Origin: Puniceicoccaceae bacterium | GTDB lineage: Bacteria; Verrucomicrobiota; Verrucomicrobiia; Opitutales; Oceanipulchritudinaceae | Reading direction: 5' to 3' | Assembly (NCBI GenBank): GCA_040830765.1 | Contig: JBFOMH010000013.1 | Span: 96,001-160,000 of the forward strand | Length of the DNA stretch: 64,000 nt | Program-made: the position numbers and the translations under genes | The notes under the pieces: model-generated | What the model saw: only the letters and a program-made list of their open reading frames with translations | Database searches by the model: none | What the model was told of the DNA's origin: nothing | In this document: positions 46,935 to 56,359 of the stretch, piece by piece | Layout of the letters: the number at the start of each line of letters is the position of its first letter | How positions within the stretch are numbered: position 1 is the stretch's first letter

Positions 46935-48521
46935 TTAATGACTTTCGGATAGCGAGCCGGTCGGCGGTGCACTGTACTCCCGCTGCAGGGTGTCGCCTGT
47001 CCGATCGTAAAGCTGGTGCAACCGCTTTAATTCAGTAACGGTTCCATTCAACAAAAGGTCGAGCTGCTTCTCGGTGAACCGCCAGGTCCAGTTACCCCCG
47101 GTCGTCCCCGGAATATTGAACCGGGCCTCGTTGCCGAGATCGAGCAGGTCCTGCACGGGAAAGATGGCCAGCCGTGAAACGGAGGCAAAACCCGCCTCAA
47201 TAAGGGGCCAGGCAGAATTGTCTCCAGCCTTGAGCCGGAAGTAGGCCCGCACGTTTTTCTCCTGGGTCCCGTTGAGTGACGAGAGCCAACCACGGGTTGT
47301 CTCGTTGTCATGGGTGCCGGTGTAGACAACGGAATTGCGGGCATAAAAATGAGGCAGGTTGACGTTGTTCTCGTCATGCCCAAAGGCAAACTGGAGAATC
47401 TTCATGCCGGGAAAACCGGCCGCCTGTCGCAGTTTGACCACGCCTTCAGTGATGTAGCCGAGGTCCTCGGCGATGATGGGTACGGCCGGAAGCTTTTCCG
47501 CCATCGCCTTGAAGAAGGCGGACCCGGGCCCCTCGCACATCCGTCCCTTGCGGGTGTCGGTGGTCCAGGCAGGAATTTCCCAATAGGAATCAAATGCCCG
47601 GAAGTGATCCAGACGGAGAATGTCGCAACATTCAAAGGCGAATCCGAGTCGTTTGGCCCACCACTCGTAGCCCGTGGATGCGAGGTACTCCCAATCATAG
47701 AGCGGATTACCCCAGAACTGCCCCTCCTCGGAAAAGTAATCAGGCGGAACGCCAGCCACGGCAATCGGATTGCCTTCGGGATCCAGGCGGAAAACTTCCC
47801 GGAATTGCCAGGTATCGGCACTGTCCATGGAGACAAAGATGGGCAGATCGCCAATGATGCGAACTCCCTTGTCACGGGCATAATTGCGCAGCTTGTTCCA
47901 CTGGTGAAAGAAAACAAATTGGTAAAAGCGATGGGAATTGGCCAACTCCTTCACTTCAGGGGGAAGCTTCGATGAATCGAGCTTGGAATAATCCCGGTAG
48001 ATGGGCTCCCATTCACTCCAGGGTCTCCCCCCGTGATGAGCCTTGAGGGCCATGAAGGTTACATAACCTTCAAGCCAATGGGCATGGGTTTTACAGAATC
48101 GGGAATAGGATTGCCCCTGATAAGTATCGTCACCAAGCGCGGCAAAGCGCTGGTGGGCGGTTTCCAGAATGGGCCAGAATTCCGTGTAGAGGCGTCCGAA
48201 ATCAACCGCACCCTGGGGGAGTTCACGCAAGGGTTGCAGTTCCTCCAACTCCAGAAGTCCTGCTTCACAAAGTTCTTCAAGGTCTATGAAGTAAGCATTG
48301 CCGGCAAAGCTGGAAAAACTCTGGTAGGGGGAATCGCCAAAGCCCGTTGGGCCAATGGGGCAGATTTGCCAGTGCTGGAAGCCTGCCTCTGCGAGAAAGT
48401 CGATAAACTGGCTGGCAGAAGTTCCCAGGTTGCCAATCCCATAAGCACCTGGAAGGGAAGAGATGTGCGCCAGTATACCGGAAGAGCGATAATTGAGCCA
48501 GTTGCTGTCGGAAGCAGTCAC
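46935..48521 (-). CDS. malQ: 4-alpha-glucanotransferase (GH77)
   Basis: SPYQSFSSFAGN, GVPPDYFS..GQFWGNP, RLDHFR, IAEDLG, YTGTHDN, RFNIPG. Confidence 0.96.
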   Translation of the reverse strand: MTASDSNWLNYRSSGILAHISSLPGAYGIGNLGTSASQFIDFLAEAGFQHWQICPIGPTGFGDSPYQSFSSFAGNAYFIDLEELCEAGLLELEELQPLRELPQGAVDFGRLYTEFWPILETAHQRFAALGDDTYQGQSYSRFCKTHAHWLEGYVTFMALKAHHGGRPWSEWEPIYRDYSKLDSSKLPPEVKELANSHRFYQFVFFHQWNKLRNYARDKGVRIIGDLPIFVSMDSADTWQFREVFRLDPEGNPIAVAGVPPDYFSEEGQFWGNPLYDWEYLASTGYEWWAKRLGFAFECCDILRLDHFRAFDSYWEIPAWTTDTRKGRMCEGPGSAFFKAMAEKLPAVPIIAEDLGYITEGVVKLRQAAGFPGMKILQFAFGHDENNVNLPHFYARNSVVYTGTHDNETTRGWLSSLNGTQEKNVRAYFRLKAGDNSAWPLIEAGFASVSRLAIFPVQDLLDLGNEARFNIPGTTGGNWTWRFTEKQLDLLLNGTVTELKRLHQLYDRTGDTLQREYSAPPTGSLSESH

Positions 48522-48592
48522 GGATCAGGATGAGTTAAGGCGGAAAGGATAGAGAATTTTAAACAAATCACCGAAGCAAACCGGAGAGGGAA

Positions 48593-48620
48593 TCCCCTGG
48601 CGGGATGAACCGCCAGGGGA
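48593..48620 (-). terminator. Hairpin downstream of the TonB-dependent receptor
   Basis: TCCCCTGGCGG GATGAA CCGCCAGGGGA. Confidence 0.7.
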
Positions 48621-48642
48621 AATCCGTTTGAAGTAACAAGCC

Positions 48643-51384
48643 TTAGAACTTGTAGGAGGCGCCGATGGAGAATTGTTTTCCGTAGCGCTGGTAGTCCTTC
48701 ACGAGGCGCGAATCCTGATCACCTTCGAGGGCGAAGAGGGGCTCATCCGTGAGGTTGTAGCCCTGGAGGATGAGGGTCAGGCCTTCAAAGGCACCCGAGT
48801 GGAAGGAGTAGCTGATCTGGGCGTCAACCACGGTTTCCGCCTGCAGGTTGCGGAAAACAGCGCCCCGCGGGCCAAAGGTCGCAATGTCACCCCGGTAGTC
48901 GGAGCGGTAGCGGGTGCTGACCCGGGCGGCAAAGCCACCGCGCTCGTAGTAGAGGGTGGCATTGGCCACTTTCTCCGACAGTCCGGGGATCGGGGTGGCA
49001 GGATTGCCAAGGTCCGGCCGGATGGAGCTGTCCGTGTAGGATCCACTGAGGATCAAGCCAAGGCCGGACAGGGAATCACTGACCATTTCACCCGGAAGGG
49101 AGAGCGTAAGCTCAAGACCCTTGATGGAACCGCCTTGCCCGTTGTTCGGGATCGTGCGGTAACCTTCGTAGATGGCCGGCGTGACACCCTCGACTCCAGT
49201 CGGGTAACCGCTGAAGTCGGTGAGGATGGACTCATTGTAGGTGTAGCTGACTAGGTCCTTGTAGAAGGCAGCCAGTGCCCAGTAGCCCTTGTTGTCGGCG
49301 AAGTAGTTCTCGAATGAAACATCGAAGGAGTTTGAGCGCCATGGCTCGAGCTTCGGGTTACCCCCGTTACCGCTCCAGGGACTGTTCTGGACGTCAGTGG
49401 AGTCGGCCTTGGCTTCGTCGAAGCCATAGGTCGAACCGGCACGCATGTCGACCATCGCCTGGCGGGCCAACTGACGGGCAATGCTGAGGCGCAGGACATG
49501 CTTTTCGCTCAGCTCAAAGGCCAGGTTAACACTCGGTACCCAGTCTTCGTAATCATGGGAATCAGCAACCGGGGTAATCAGGGTACCCGTCGCCGCGAGG
49601 CCGGTGGCGTACTGATCGGTCATGATCAATTGGGTGCCGATGGATCCGGTAACCGGAATCGAGCCCAGCTTCATGTCGATGCCAAACTGGATATAGGCGG
49701 TCGTCACTTCTTCCTCAACGGTCCAGTTATTGGCCACATAGGAAGGATTGTCATTGGGAACCAGGTCATACAAACCACTTTCAAGAGCTGCTCTCGGATC
49801 AAAGGCATAAAGGTTACCCAGTCCAAGGAAGCTCAGGTCGGCAAAACCGATGTTGGGTGGTAGTGGACCTGTGGGTTGACCGCTGGCCAGACCGAGATGG
49901 AAGCCCTCCTTGCCATTCGGGCCGGCTTCAACCTCGAACTTGCCACGCTCGGTGTAAGCAAGTCCGGTCTCAAACTTGTTGAAGATCCCCCAGTCCATGT
50001 CCCGCTTGGCGAGAATCTTGTACTGATCGAGCTCGTCTTCGGTGATCGGACCCTTGAGGAAGCCAACCTGGCCACCTTCAACGGCATCGCCACCCCACCC
50101 TTGCGGGCTGGCCAGGAACATGTCGGAGGAACTGTAGCCGAGCTCACTGCTGAAGACCGCACCCGTACCAGTACCCATGTCGAGGGTGATGGTGTCCGGT
50201 GTACCAGTCTTGTTGGAGCCCCAGCCCATGTAGGTTTCAAGGACGTTGTCAGTCCGGTCAACGCGGGAGGTGCTGAGGTCGGCCTCATAGACCCAGCCGC
50301 TGCCATCACCGAAGCGCAGGTTGATACCGGCGTTCTTTACTTCGGCATCGCGCCAGACAATGTCATTACGGGCCACGCCGAAGAAGTCACCAATGGTGGC
50401 TCGGGTGATCAAGCCGTCCTCAACCGTGGAGTCGAGAATGGTCGTGCCGGTGCCCCAACCTGGGTTGATCGGCATTTCGACACCGCGGAGGATCTGGGTT
50501 TCCCCGAAGTCGGAATAGAAAAGGTCAACGATAGCCCGGAACTTGTCCGAGGGCTTGTACTCAATGACCCCCATGATGCTGTCACGCTCAAGGTTGCTGG
50601 AGCGGACGAAAGGCTTGGCACCACCGAGAAGGAGGCTGCCGTCGTCCTGTTCTGCATAGCCCCAGGCATTCCACTGCTCGCCCTGACCGGGCTGGTCGGT
50701 GTGGGCATAGCCAATGGCGATACCGAGGGTGCCGTCATTGAACTGATCGATATAGTTCATCGAATACCGCAGGCCGGTGTCGTCACCGTCCGGGTTGAGT
50801 TTGCCGAGGTCGGCCCACTCGTAGAAGGCGTTCACCGCAACCGTGCGGCGACCGTGCTCAAGGGGACGTGCGGTGCGCATGTCGATGGTTCCGGCAAGGC
50901 CCTGGCCGACAAGGTTGGCCTGGGTCGTCTTGTATACCATGACCCCGTTGAGGAGCTCGGCCGGATACTGGTCAAACTCGATGCCACGGCCGGCGTTGGT
51001 GCTGACCTGCTGGCGTCCATTGAGGAGACCCGTGCTGAAGTCACCGACGAGACCACGGATGACGATACCCTGGGCGCGGCTGTTGATCCGCTGGGTAGTC
51101 AGGCCGGGCAGGCGGGCGAGGGTTTCCGCGATACTGGTGTCCGGGAGCTTGCCGATGTCCTCGGCGGTTACTGCCTCGACGATCAGCGGGGCGCGTTTCT
51201 TGATTTCAGTCGATGCCTCGATACTTTGGGCAAAGCCGGTTGCTTCCACCTCGAAGGCTTCGAGATCAAAGACCAGGCTGTCATCTTCGGTAACAGCACC
51301 GCTGTCCTGTGCGGAAAGGGAGACGCTGACCGAAAGGATCGCCGCCAGGGCGGCAGTTCGGAGTGTTGTGTTTTTAGCCATCAT
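48643..51384 (-). CDS. TonB-dependent receptor, probably for maltodextrins
   Basis: Signal peptide; AEDIGKLPDTSIAETLARLPG plug, GNPKLEPW, NLTDEP, C-terminal YKF. Confidence 0.95.
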   Translation of the reverse strand: MMAKNTTLRTAALAAILSVSVSLSAQDSGAVTEDDSLVFDLEAFEVEATGFAQSIEASTEIKKRAPLIVEAVTAEDIGKLPDTSIAETLARLPGLTTQRINSRAQGIVIRGLVGDFSTGLLNGRQQVSTNAGRGIEFDQYPAELLNGVMVYKTTQANLVGQGLAGTIDMRTARPLEHGRRTVAVNAFYEWADLGKLNPDGDDTGLRYSMNYIDQFNDGTLGIAIGYAHTDQPGQGEQWNAWGYAEQDDGSLLLGGAKPFVRSSNLERDSIMGVIEYKPSDKFRAIVDLFYSDFGETQILRGVEMPINPGWGTGTTILDSTVEDGLITRATIGDFFGVARNDIVWRDAEVKNAGINLRFGDGSGWVYEADLSTSRVDRTDNVLETYMGWGSNKTGTPDTITLDMGTGTGAVFSSELGYSSSDMFLASPQGWGGDAVEGGQVGFLKGPITEDELDQYKILAKRDMDWGIFNKFETGLAYTERGKFEVEAGPNGKEGFHLGLASGQPTGPLPPNIGFADLSFLGLGNLYAFDPRAALESGLYDLVPNDNPSYVANNWTVEEEVTTAYIQFGIDMKLGSIPVTGSIGTQLIMTDQYATGLAATGTLITPVADSHDYEDWVPSVNLAFELSEKHVLRLSIARQLARQAMVDMRAGSTYGFDEAKADSTDVQNSPWSGNGGNPKLEPWRSNSFDVSFENYFADNKGYWALAAFYKDLVSYTYNESILTDFSGYPTGVEGVTPAIYEGYRTIPNNGQGGSIKGLELTLSLPGEMVSDSLSGLGLILSGSYTDSSIRPDLGNPATPIPGLSEKVANATLYYERGGFAARVSTRYRSDYRGDIATFGPRGAVFRNLQAETVVDAQISYSFHSGAFEGLTLILQGYNLTDEPLFALEGDQDSRLVKDYQRYGKQFSIGASYKF

Positions 51385-51540
51385 TTTTGCTTGCTTGTGG
51401 GTTAAAGGATACCCGGGATTCGGCCGGGTTTACCTGTGGGTTGAAATGAGGAGTTGAATCAGATGAACCGGAATGTGGGGCTTCCGATTGATGGAGTTAT
51501 GTAGAGCGAATCGCTGCACCGGAACGAGATGGATTCCTTC

Positions 51541-51573
51541 GATAAATCCTGACTAATCTGGACAAATCTTAGA
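51541..51573. promoter_or_regulatory. Candidate regulator site upstream of the receptor
   Basis: GATAAATCCTGACTAATCTGGACAAATCTTAGA, similar to 53049-53081. Confidence 0.55.
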
Positions 51574-51596
51574 ATTTTGAAAAATTCCGTCTTTCG

Positions 51597-52976
51597 TCAC
51601 TCACCCTGAACGAGGAGTCGATACTCCCAACTATCCAGTTCGAATTCAGCCGTTGCTTCCAGTTCGACAGGGGATCCGTCGAAGGCATCTATCCAGCTTC
51701 CGGCGATGTCCCCTGACCCAATGGAAACCTCAATGTCCTTGGCCGTCAAATTGCCGACGAAGAGCACCTTGCCGGAATCCGTATTCCGGAGCAGGGCATA
51801 GGCAGATTCGTCCATTGTGGAAGGGATACGTGCCGAAGGGGCGCCTGTGGCAAGAGCAGAGTGTCCGGCCTTGAGGTTGTTCATGGTACGGTAGACATCA
51901 AAAAGGTGATGTTCCCTCCAATCGATGGGATCATGAACAAAGAACTCGAGACGCTTGTCCAATCCTGCTTCCTGTCCGTTATAAATCAGCGGTATGCCAT
52001 CAAAGATATAGGTGAGGACGGCGAAGGTCTCCACCCCGCCACCGAGGCGTTGGAAGACAGTCCCGTTCCATGAGTTCTCATCATGGTTGGAGGTGACGTA
52101 AAGAAAGTCCGCACCATGGGGGAACTCTAAACGCATCCGGTTCAGGACATCGTCCAGATAAGAGGCCGGTTGCTTGCCTTGGGCAACATCATCAAAGGCG
52201 TGCATCATCGGCCAGCCATAGGAGGCATGGAATGCAGTTAACTGATGATCAGCAACTTCTGCCTCTGCCAGCATGAACAAGTCTGGCTTGGTTTCCAGCA
52301 AGGCAGCGGACAGTTTATCCCAGAATTCAGTTGGAATACCGGTTGCGTAATCACAACGATATCCATCGATACCAAACTCGGTAATCCAGTAACGCATCTC
52401 CTCAATGTGCCAATCAAGGACATCCGGATTGTCATAATCCACTTGGATGACGTCGCTCCAGTCGGGGAATTCCGGAGGCGGCATGAAGCCGCCATCAGCG
52501 TCCTTCATGTAGAAGTCCGGATTGGTAGCAGTCCGTGGATGGTCCCAGGCCGTGTGGTTGCCCACCCAGTCAAGGATGACTTTCATCCCCCGCGCCTTGG
52601 CGGCATCGACCAACGACTTGAAATCGGCCTTGGTACCAAACTCCGGGTTCACATCGCGGTAATCCTTGATGGAGTAGTAACTGCCGAGTTCCCCCTTGCG
52701 GTTGAGTTCACCAATTGGGTGGATGGGCATGAACCAGAGGGTCTTGACACCCAACTCCTCGATTCGGTCCAGATCCGCTTCGACGGCGGCAAATGTCCCT
52801 GCCTCGGAATACTGGCGTACGTTGACCTCGTAGATCACTTCATGCCGGACCCAGTCGGGCAATTCAGTCGAGGGCTGCGTCCAGAGCAGCTCTTCGGAAA
52901 ATGCAAACCCGGTCCCAAGGGACCAGACCACTAACAATAGAATTATGGGATAGCGCTTAAGGAAGTGTGATTTCAT
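51597..52976 (-). CDS. Alpha-amylase family GH13 protein, exported
   Basis: Signal peptide; IYEVNVRQ, DWVGNH, DGYRCD, MLAE, NHDENSW. Confidence 0.93.
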   Translation of the reverse strand: MKSHFLKRYPIILLLVVWSLGTGFAFSEELLWTQPSTELPDWVRHEVIYEVNVRQYSEAGTFAAVEADLDRIEELGVKTLWFMPIHPIGELNRKGELGSYYSIKDYRDVNPEFGTKADFKSLVDAAKARGMKVILDWVGNHTAWDHPRTATNPDFYMKDADGGFMPPPEFPDWSDVIQVDYDNPDVLDWHIEEMRYWITEFGIDGYRCDYATGIPTEFWDKLSAALLETKPDLFMLAEAEVADHQLTAFHASYGWPMMHAFDDVAQGKQPASYLDDVLNRMRLEFPHGADFLYVTSNHDENSWNGTVFQRLGGGVETFAVLTYIFDGIPLIYNGQEAGLDKRLEFFVHDPIDWREHHLFDVYRTMNNLKAGHSALATGAPSARIPSTMDESAYALLRNTDSGKVLFVGNLTAKDIEVSIGSGDIAGSWIDAFDGSPVELEATAEFELDSWEYRLLVQGE

Positions 52977-53048
52977 AAAAGATATTCAGGTTAGGATAAT
53001 TGCCTGAATGTCTCACATCGTTCCTTCCTTATCCCGCCCATTCATCCG

Positions 53049-53081
53049 GATAGACCTGACAACGCTTGGACAAAACCTAGA
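53049..53081. promoter_or_regulatory. Candidate regulator site upstream of GH13
   Basis: GATAGACCTGACAACGCTTGGACAAAACCTAGA, similar to 51541-51573. Confidence 0.55.
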
Positions 53082-53094
53082 CTGGCGCGCTGAC

Positions 53095-53439
53095 TCAGTC
53101 CTGAATGGCGTTCTTTTCGTCAACGTAGACCAGCAAGGGCTTGTGGGCCTGCGCTTCCCCTTCCTCGTATTCCGCATAGCTGGCAATAATGACAATATCT
53201 CCCGGTTGGACGAGGCGGGCAGCCGCCCCGTTCAGGCAGACTTCCCCGGGCTTGCCGAGGATGACGTAGGTATGGAAGCGTTCCCCGTTATTGCAGTTGT
53301 AGATATCGACCTGCTCAAACTCGAGCAAGTCAGCTGCCTTGAGAAACTCAGGGCCAAGGGAAATGGAGCCCGCATAGTTAAGATCCGCATCGGTGACCGT
53401 GGCGCGGTGGATTTTTGACTTCAATAATGTGCGTTTCAT
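53095..53439 (-). CDS. panD: Aspartate 1-decarboxylase
   Basis: [14 protein letters not shown] cleavage site, [15 protein letters not shown]. Confidence 0.96.
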   Translation of the reverse strand: MKRTLLKSKIHRATVTDADLNYAGSISLGPEFLKAADLLEFEQVDIYNCNNGERFHTYVILGKPGEVCLNGAAARLVQPGDIVIIASYAEYEEGEAQAHKPLLVYVDEKNAIQD

Positions 53440-53452
53440 GGAAAGGGAATAT

Positions 53453-54268
53453 TTATGATTGGAGTTCCGCCTTCGAGCGGTCCGGTTCATGGATTTGGTT
53501 CAATTCAACAGCCCGGCAAAGGCCGTGCAAAACAAGGTCGGGAACATAGGCGGTCACAATCGACTCATCCTTGAAAAAGCGGGCATGGCCACCTGTGACG
53601 ATGACCACAGGTTCCCTCCCCTCAAAAGCTTCGTCCTGTAAACGGCTAATGACTTCCCTCAACAGTCCGAGATGACTGAAGTAAAGGCCGCTTTGAATGC
53701 TCTCAATCGTGTTCTTGCCGAGACAGGCGGACGGAATTGCCAGGTCGACATAGGGCAACTTGGCGGTGTTCCGTGCCAATGCCCTCATGGAAAGTCCCAT
53801 CCCGGCGGCAATGACCCCGCCAAGGTATTCATCGCGCCTGTTGATGGCACAGAAGGTCGTCGCCGTTCCCATGTCGACCACGACCCGGTCCGTTTCCGGG
53901 AAGAGCTCAACCGCGGCAATGGCGTTGGCGATGCGGTCTGCTCCGACTTCAGCCGGATTCTTGGTCCGGATTTTCAAGCCGGTCCTTACCCCTGCCTGCA
54001 GCAGGAGAGGCTTGATGCCTAGATAGGTCAAACAGGCCTCAATAACCACTTGGTTGCAGTCTGGTACAACGGAAGCGACGGCAATGGCGTCAAGGGACTC
54101 CACTGCAATTCCCCGCGAGGAAAGAATCTGCAGCACAAATACACCGAAGTCGTCAGCAGTCGGTGACTGCTGGCTTGACTTGCGGAACTCGGCTATGACT
54201 TCACGACCGTGGCAAACCCCGCCGTAGATGTCTGTGTTCCCGATATCAAAACACAAAACCTTCATCAC
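53453..54268 (-). CDS. coaX: Type III pantothenate kinase
   Basis: [26 protein letters not shown]. Confidence 0.95.
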   Translation of the reverse strand: MMKVLCFDIGNTDIYGGVCHGREVIAEFRKSSQQSPTADDFGVFVLQILSSRGIAVESLDAIAVASVVPDCNQVVIEACLTYLGIKPLLLQAGVRTGLKIRTKNPAEVGADRIANAIAAVELFPETDRVVVDMGTATTFCAINRRDEYLGGVIAAGMGLSMRALARNTAKLPYVDLAIPSACLGKNTIESIQSGLYFSHLGLLREVISRLQDEAFEGREPVVIVTGGHARFFKDESIVTAYVPDLVLHGLCRAVELNQIHEPDRSKAELQS

Positions 54269-55023
54269 CGGATCTCCACGTTATCGATAAGTCTCACGCC
54301 CTCCAACTGGACGGCTCCTAATCGGCGACCATCCCGCTCGTCGACATATTCCACCGCAAATCCGAGCGACTCCAACTCGGCCCGTGCCATGGCACAGTCC
54401 ATGGCTGTTGAGAGGACCCGATGAAACTCCGGAGCCAGGGTTCGGGCTGATTCAGAGAGCCGGGCATTGCGGCTGCTCATCGCTAATCCATCCTCTTCCC
54501 TCACAGTGGGCACGCCAACGATTTCGGTGTTGATAAAGAATGCGTTGGCCAGCCCGCGGACCAGCTGCAGCTGCTGCCAGTCCTTCCCCCCAAAGTAGGC
54601 ACTGTCCGCAGCTGCCAGGATGAGTAATTTCAGGACGACCGTCATCACGCCGTCGAAGTGGCCCGGGCGCATGGCTCCCTCCAGTACCGTACTCATTTCA
54701 ATCTCGGAAATCCGGTAGATATAGTCGTCCGGGTAGAGCATCCCGTATTGTGGCATGAAGACAGCACTTGCACCCAGTTGCTGACACAGCTCCAAATCGG
54801 CATGCAGCGGGGTCGGATAAGTCGAGCAATCCTTGGCGTCATTAAACTGGGTCGGGTTGACGAAGATGCTGACCAAGGTCTGTTCGTTCTCCTTGACCGA
54901 TTGCTCAATGAGTGAGGCGTGCCCGGCATGCAGTGCCCCCATTGTGGGGACGAAACCGACAGTTACCTCGGCTGTCTCGTTGCGCCACTCACGGAGGGCT
55001 TCAATGGTTGCCAATTTTCTCAT
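54265..55023 (-). CDS. panC: Pantoate--beta-alanine ligase
   Basis: VPTMGALHAGH, SIFVNPTQF, RPGHFDGV, DGLAMSSRN, RLIDN. Confidence 0.96.
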   Translation of the reverse strand: MRKLATIEALREWRNETAEVTVGFVPTMGALHAGHASLIEQSVKENEQTLVSIFVNPTQFNDAKDCSTYPTPLHADLELCQQLGASAVFMPQYGMLYPDDYIYRISEIEMSTVLEGAMRPGHFDGVMTVVLKLLILAAADSAYFGGKDWQQLQLVRGLANAFFINTEIVGVPTVREEDGLAMSSRNARLSESARTLAPEFHRVLSTAMDCAMARAELESLGFAVEYVDERDGRRLGAVQLEGVRLIDNVEIR

Positions 55024-55813
55024 TGGAAAAACTCTCCTCGACCGACGGATAGGCCAAGGCCTTCACATCTTTATCATATCCGCTCAAGGCCTGCCGCATG
55101 GCCTCCGCTCCATTCATGTAGGTCCGCAGGAACTTGGGTTGAAATCCAAGATTCATGCCGAGGACATCCTGCAGGACGAGGATCTGCCCGCTGCAGCTGA
55201 CTCCGGAACCGATCCCGATCGTCGGGATGGTCAACTTGTCGGTTATCCGCCCGGCCAGGTCGGCCGGCACGCACTCCAGGACGATCGAAAAAACACCCGC
55301 CTCCTGCAAGGCCAGCGCATCCAGTTCAATTTGCCTTGCGGCGGCCTCTTCACGGCCCTGAACCCGGTAACCGCCGAACTGATGAACCGACTGTGGGGTT
55401 AGCCCGAGGTGACCCATCACCGGAACACCACTTCCGACGATGTGGGAAATCACATCCAGGTGGCCCTCGGCTCCTTCAATCTTCACCGCATTGGCACCTG
55501 CCTTCATGATTGTGTCAACACACTCCATGGCTGCAGGGATGCCCTTCCGGTGTTCCGGAAAGGGAACATCAGTAACGACGAATTTGTCCCCAATGCCGCG
55601 CCGTACGGCTGCAGTATGGGAGGCCATCATATTTGTCGTGGCATGCACCGTGTCCGGGTGTCCATGCATCACCATGGCTACGCTGTCGCCTACGAGGACA
55701 GCATCCACGGGGGATTCGGCGATAATCCGCGCGCTCCATGCATCATAGCAGGTCACCATGGAAATGGGATTTCCTTCTGCGCGGAAACGGGAGAAATCGG
55801 TCACTCGTTTCAT
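55001..55813 (-). CDS. panB: 3-methyl-2-oxobutanoate hydroxymethyltransferase
   Basis: TCYD, LVGDS, VKIEG, GHLGLTPQS, IGIGSG; AAGGAGG SD. Confidence 0.97.
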   Translation of the reverse strand: MKRVTDFSRFRAEGNPISMVTCYDAWSARIIAESPVDAVLVGDSVAMVMHGHPDTVHATTNMMASHTAAVRRGIGDKFVVTDVPFPEHRKGIPAAMECVDTIMKAGANAVKIEGAEGHLDVISHIVGSGVPVMGHLGLTPQSVHQFGGYRVQGREEAAARQIELDALALQEAGVFSIVLECVPADLAGRITDKLTIPTIGIGSGVSCSGQILVLQDVLGMNLGFQPKFLRTYMNGAEAMRQALSGYDKDVKALAYPSVEESFSNEKIGNH

Positions 55814-55932
55814 CGGTGACCTCCTTCAAAAAATAGGGGGCGAATGGCTCGCTGCTCGGGTACCTGTCTCATTGGATCAAGTCCTTCCTTCGGCTTTGAA
55901 TAAATTAAACTGTGGATTGTCGTTCGTCGCAT
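55810..55932 (-). CDS. Putative 40-aa leader peptide upstream of panB
   Basis: MRRTTIHSLIYSKPKEGLDPMRQVPEQRAIRPLFFEGGHR*; TGA overlaps panB ATG (ATGA). Confidence 0.35.
   Translation of the reverse strand: MRRTTIHSLIYSKPKEGLDPMRQVPEQRAIRPLFFEGGHR
55859..55884 (-). ncRNA. pan-motif-like cis-regulatory hairpin
   Basis: GGACUUGAUC-CAAU-GAGACAGGUACC in the panB leader; resembles the pan RNA motif as I recall it. Confidence 0.5.
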
Positions 55933-56035
55933 CCGGGTAATTCCAGTATGCGCGAATGGTCAATGGACTCCTTTTTTCGCCGGATATCAAGCAAGATCGC
56001 GCAAATCCATCCGGCCAAGGCCCGGGCAAGGAGGT

Positions 56036-56359
56036 TCAGTCGAGGTGGAAAATCTCCTCCATGGGGGCCCAAATCTCCCCTTCTGGCAGGGAATCAAGGG
56101 GTTTTAGACAGGGAATACAGACCGCCCACCATTCCTGGGTTGTCTTGTCTGCAGCCACCGCTGCAACATCCGCCTCAAAGTCATCCCCCAGGTATTCAAA
56201 GTAACTGAAGAGCCAGCCCTCCCGGTAGAAGATGGAGTAATTGCTGAAGTGGCTTGCCTTCAACCGGTCCAGTACACCTGGCCAGGCAGCGGCATGGAGG
56301 CGTTTGTATTCCTCGTACTTATGGGGATGAACCTCGACTACTGAGCCATAGCGCTTCAT
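56036..56359 (-). CDS. rhaM: L-rhamnose mutarotase family protein
   Basis: EEYKRLHAAAWP, NYSIF, LFSYFEY, TQEWW, MEEIFH. Confidence 0.88.
   Translation of the reverse strand: MKRYGSVVEVHPHKYEEYKRLHAAAWPGVLDRLKASHFSNYSIFYREGWLFSYFEYLGDDFEADVAAVAADKTTQEWWAVCIPCLKPLDSLPEGEIWAPMEEIFHLD

Noticed and set aside
10546..48620. GC-rich intergenic hairpins as a REP/MITE family
   Set aside because: The stems share no sequence and each follows a stop codon, consistent with ordinary terminators.
49876..51405. 509-aa plus-strand ORF
   Set aside because: Antisense shadow of the TonB-dependent receptor; no motifs; explained by codon bias.
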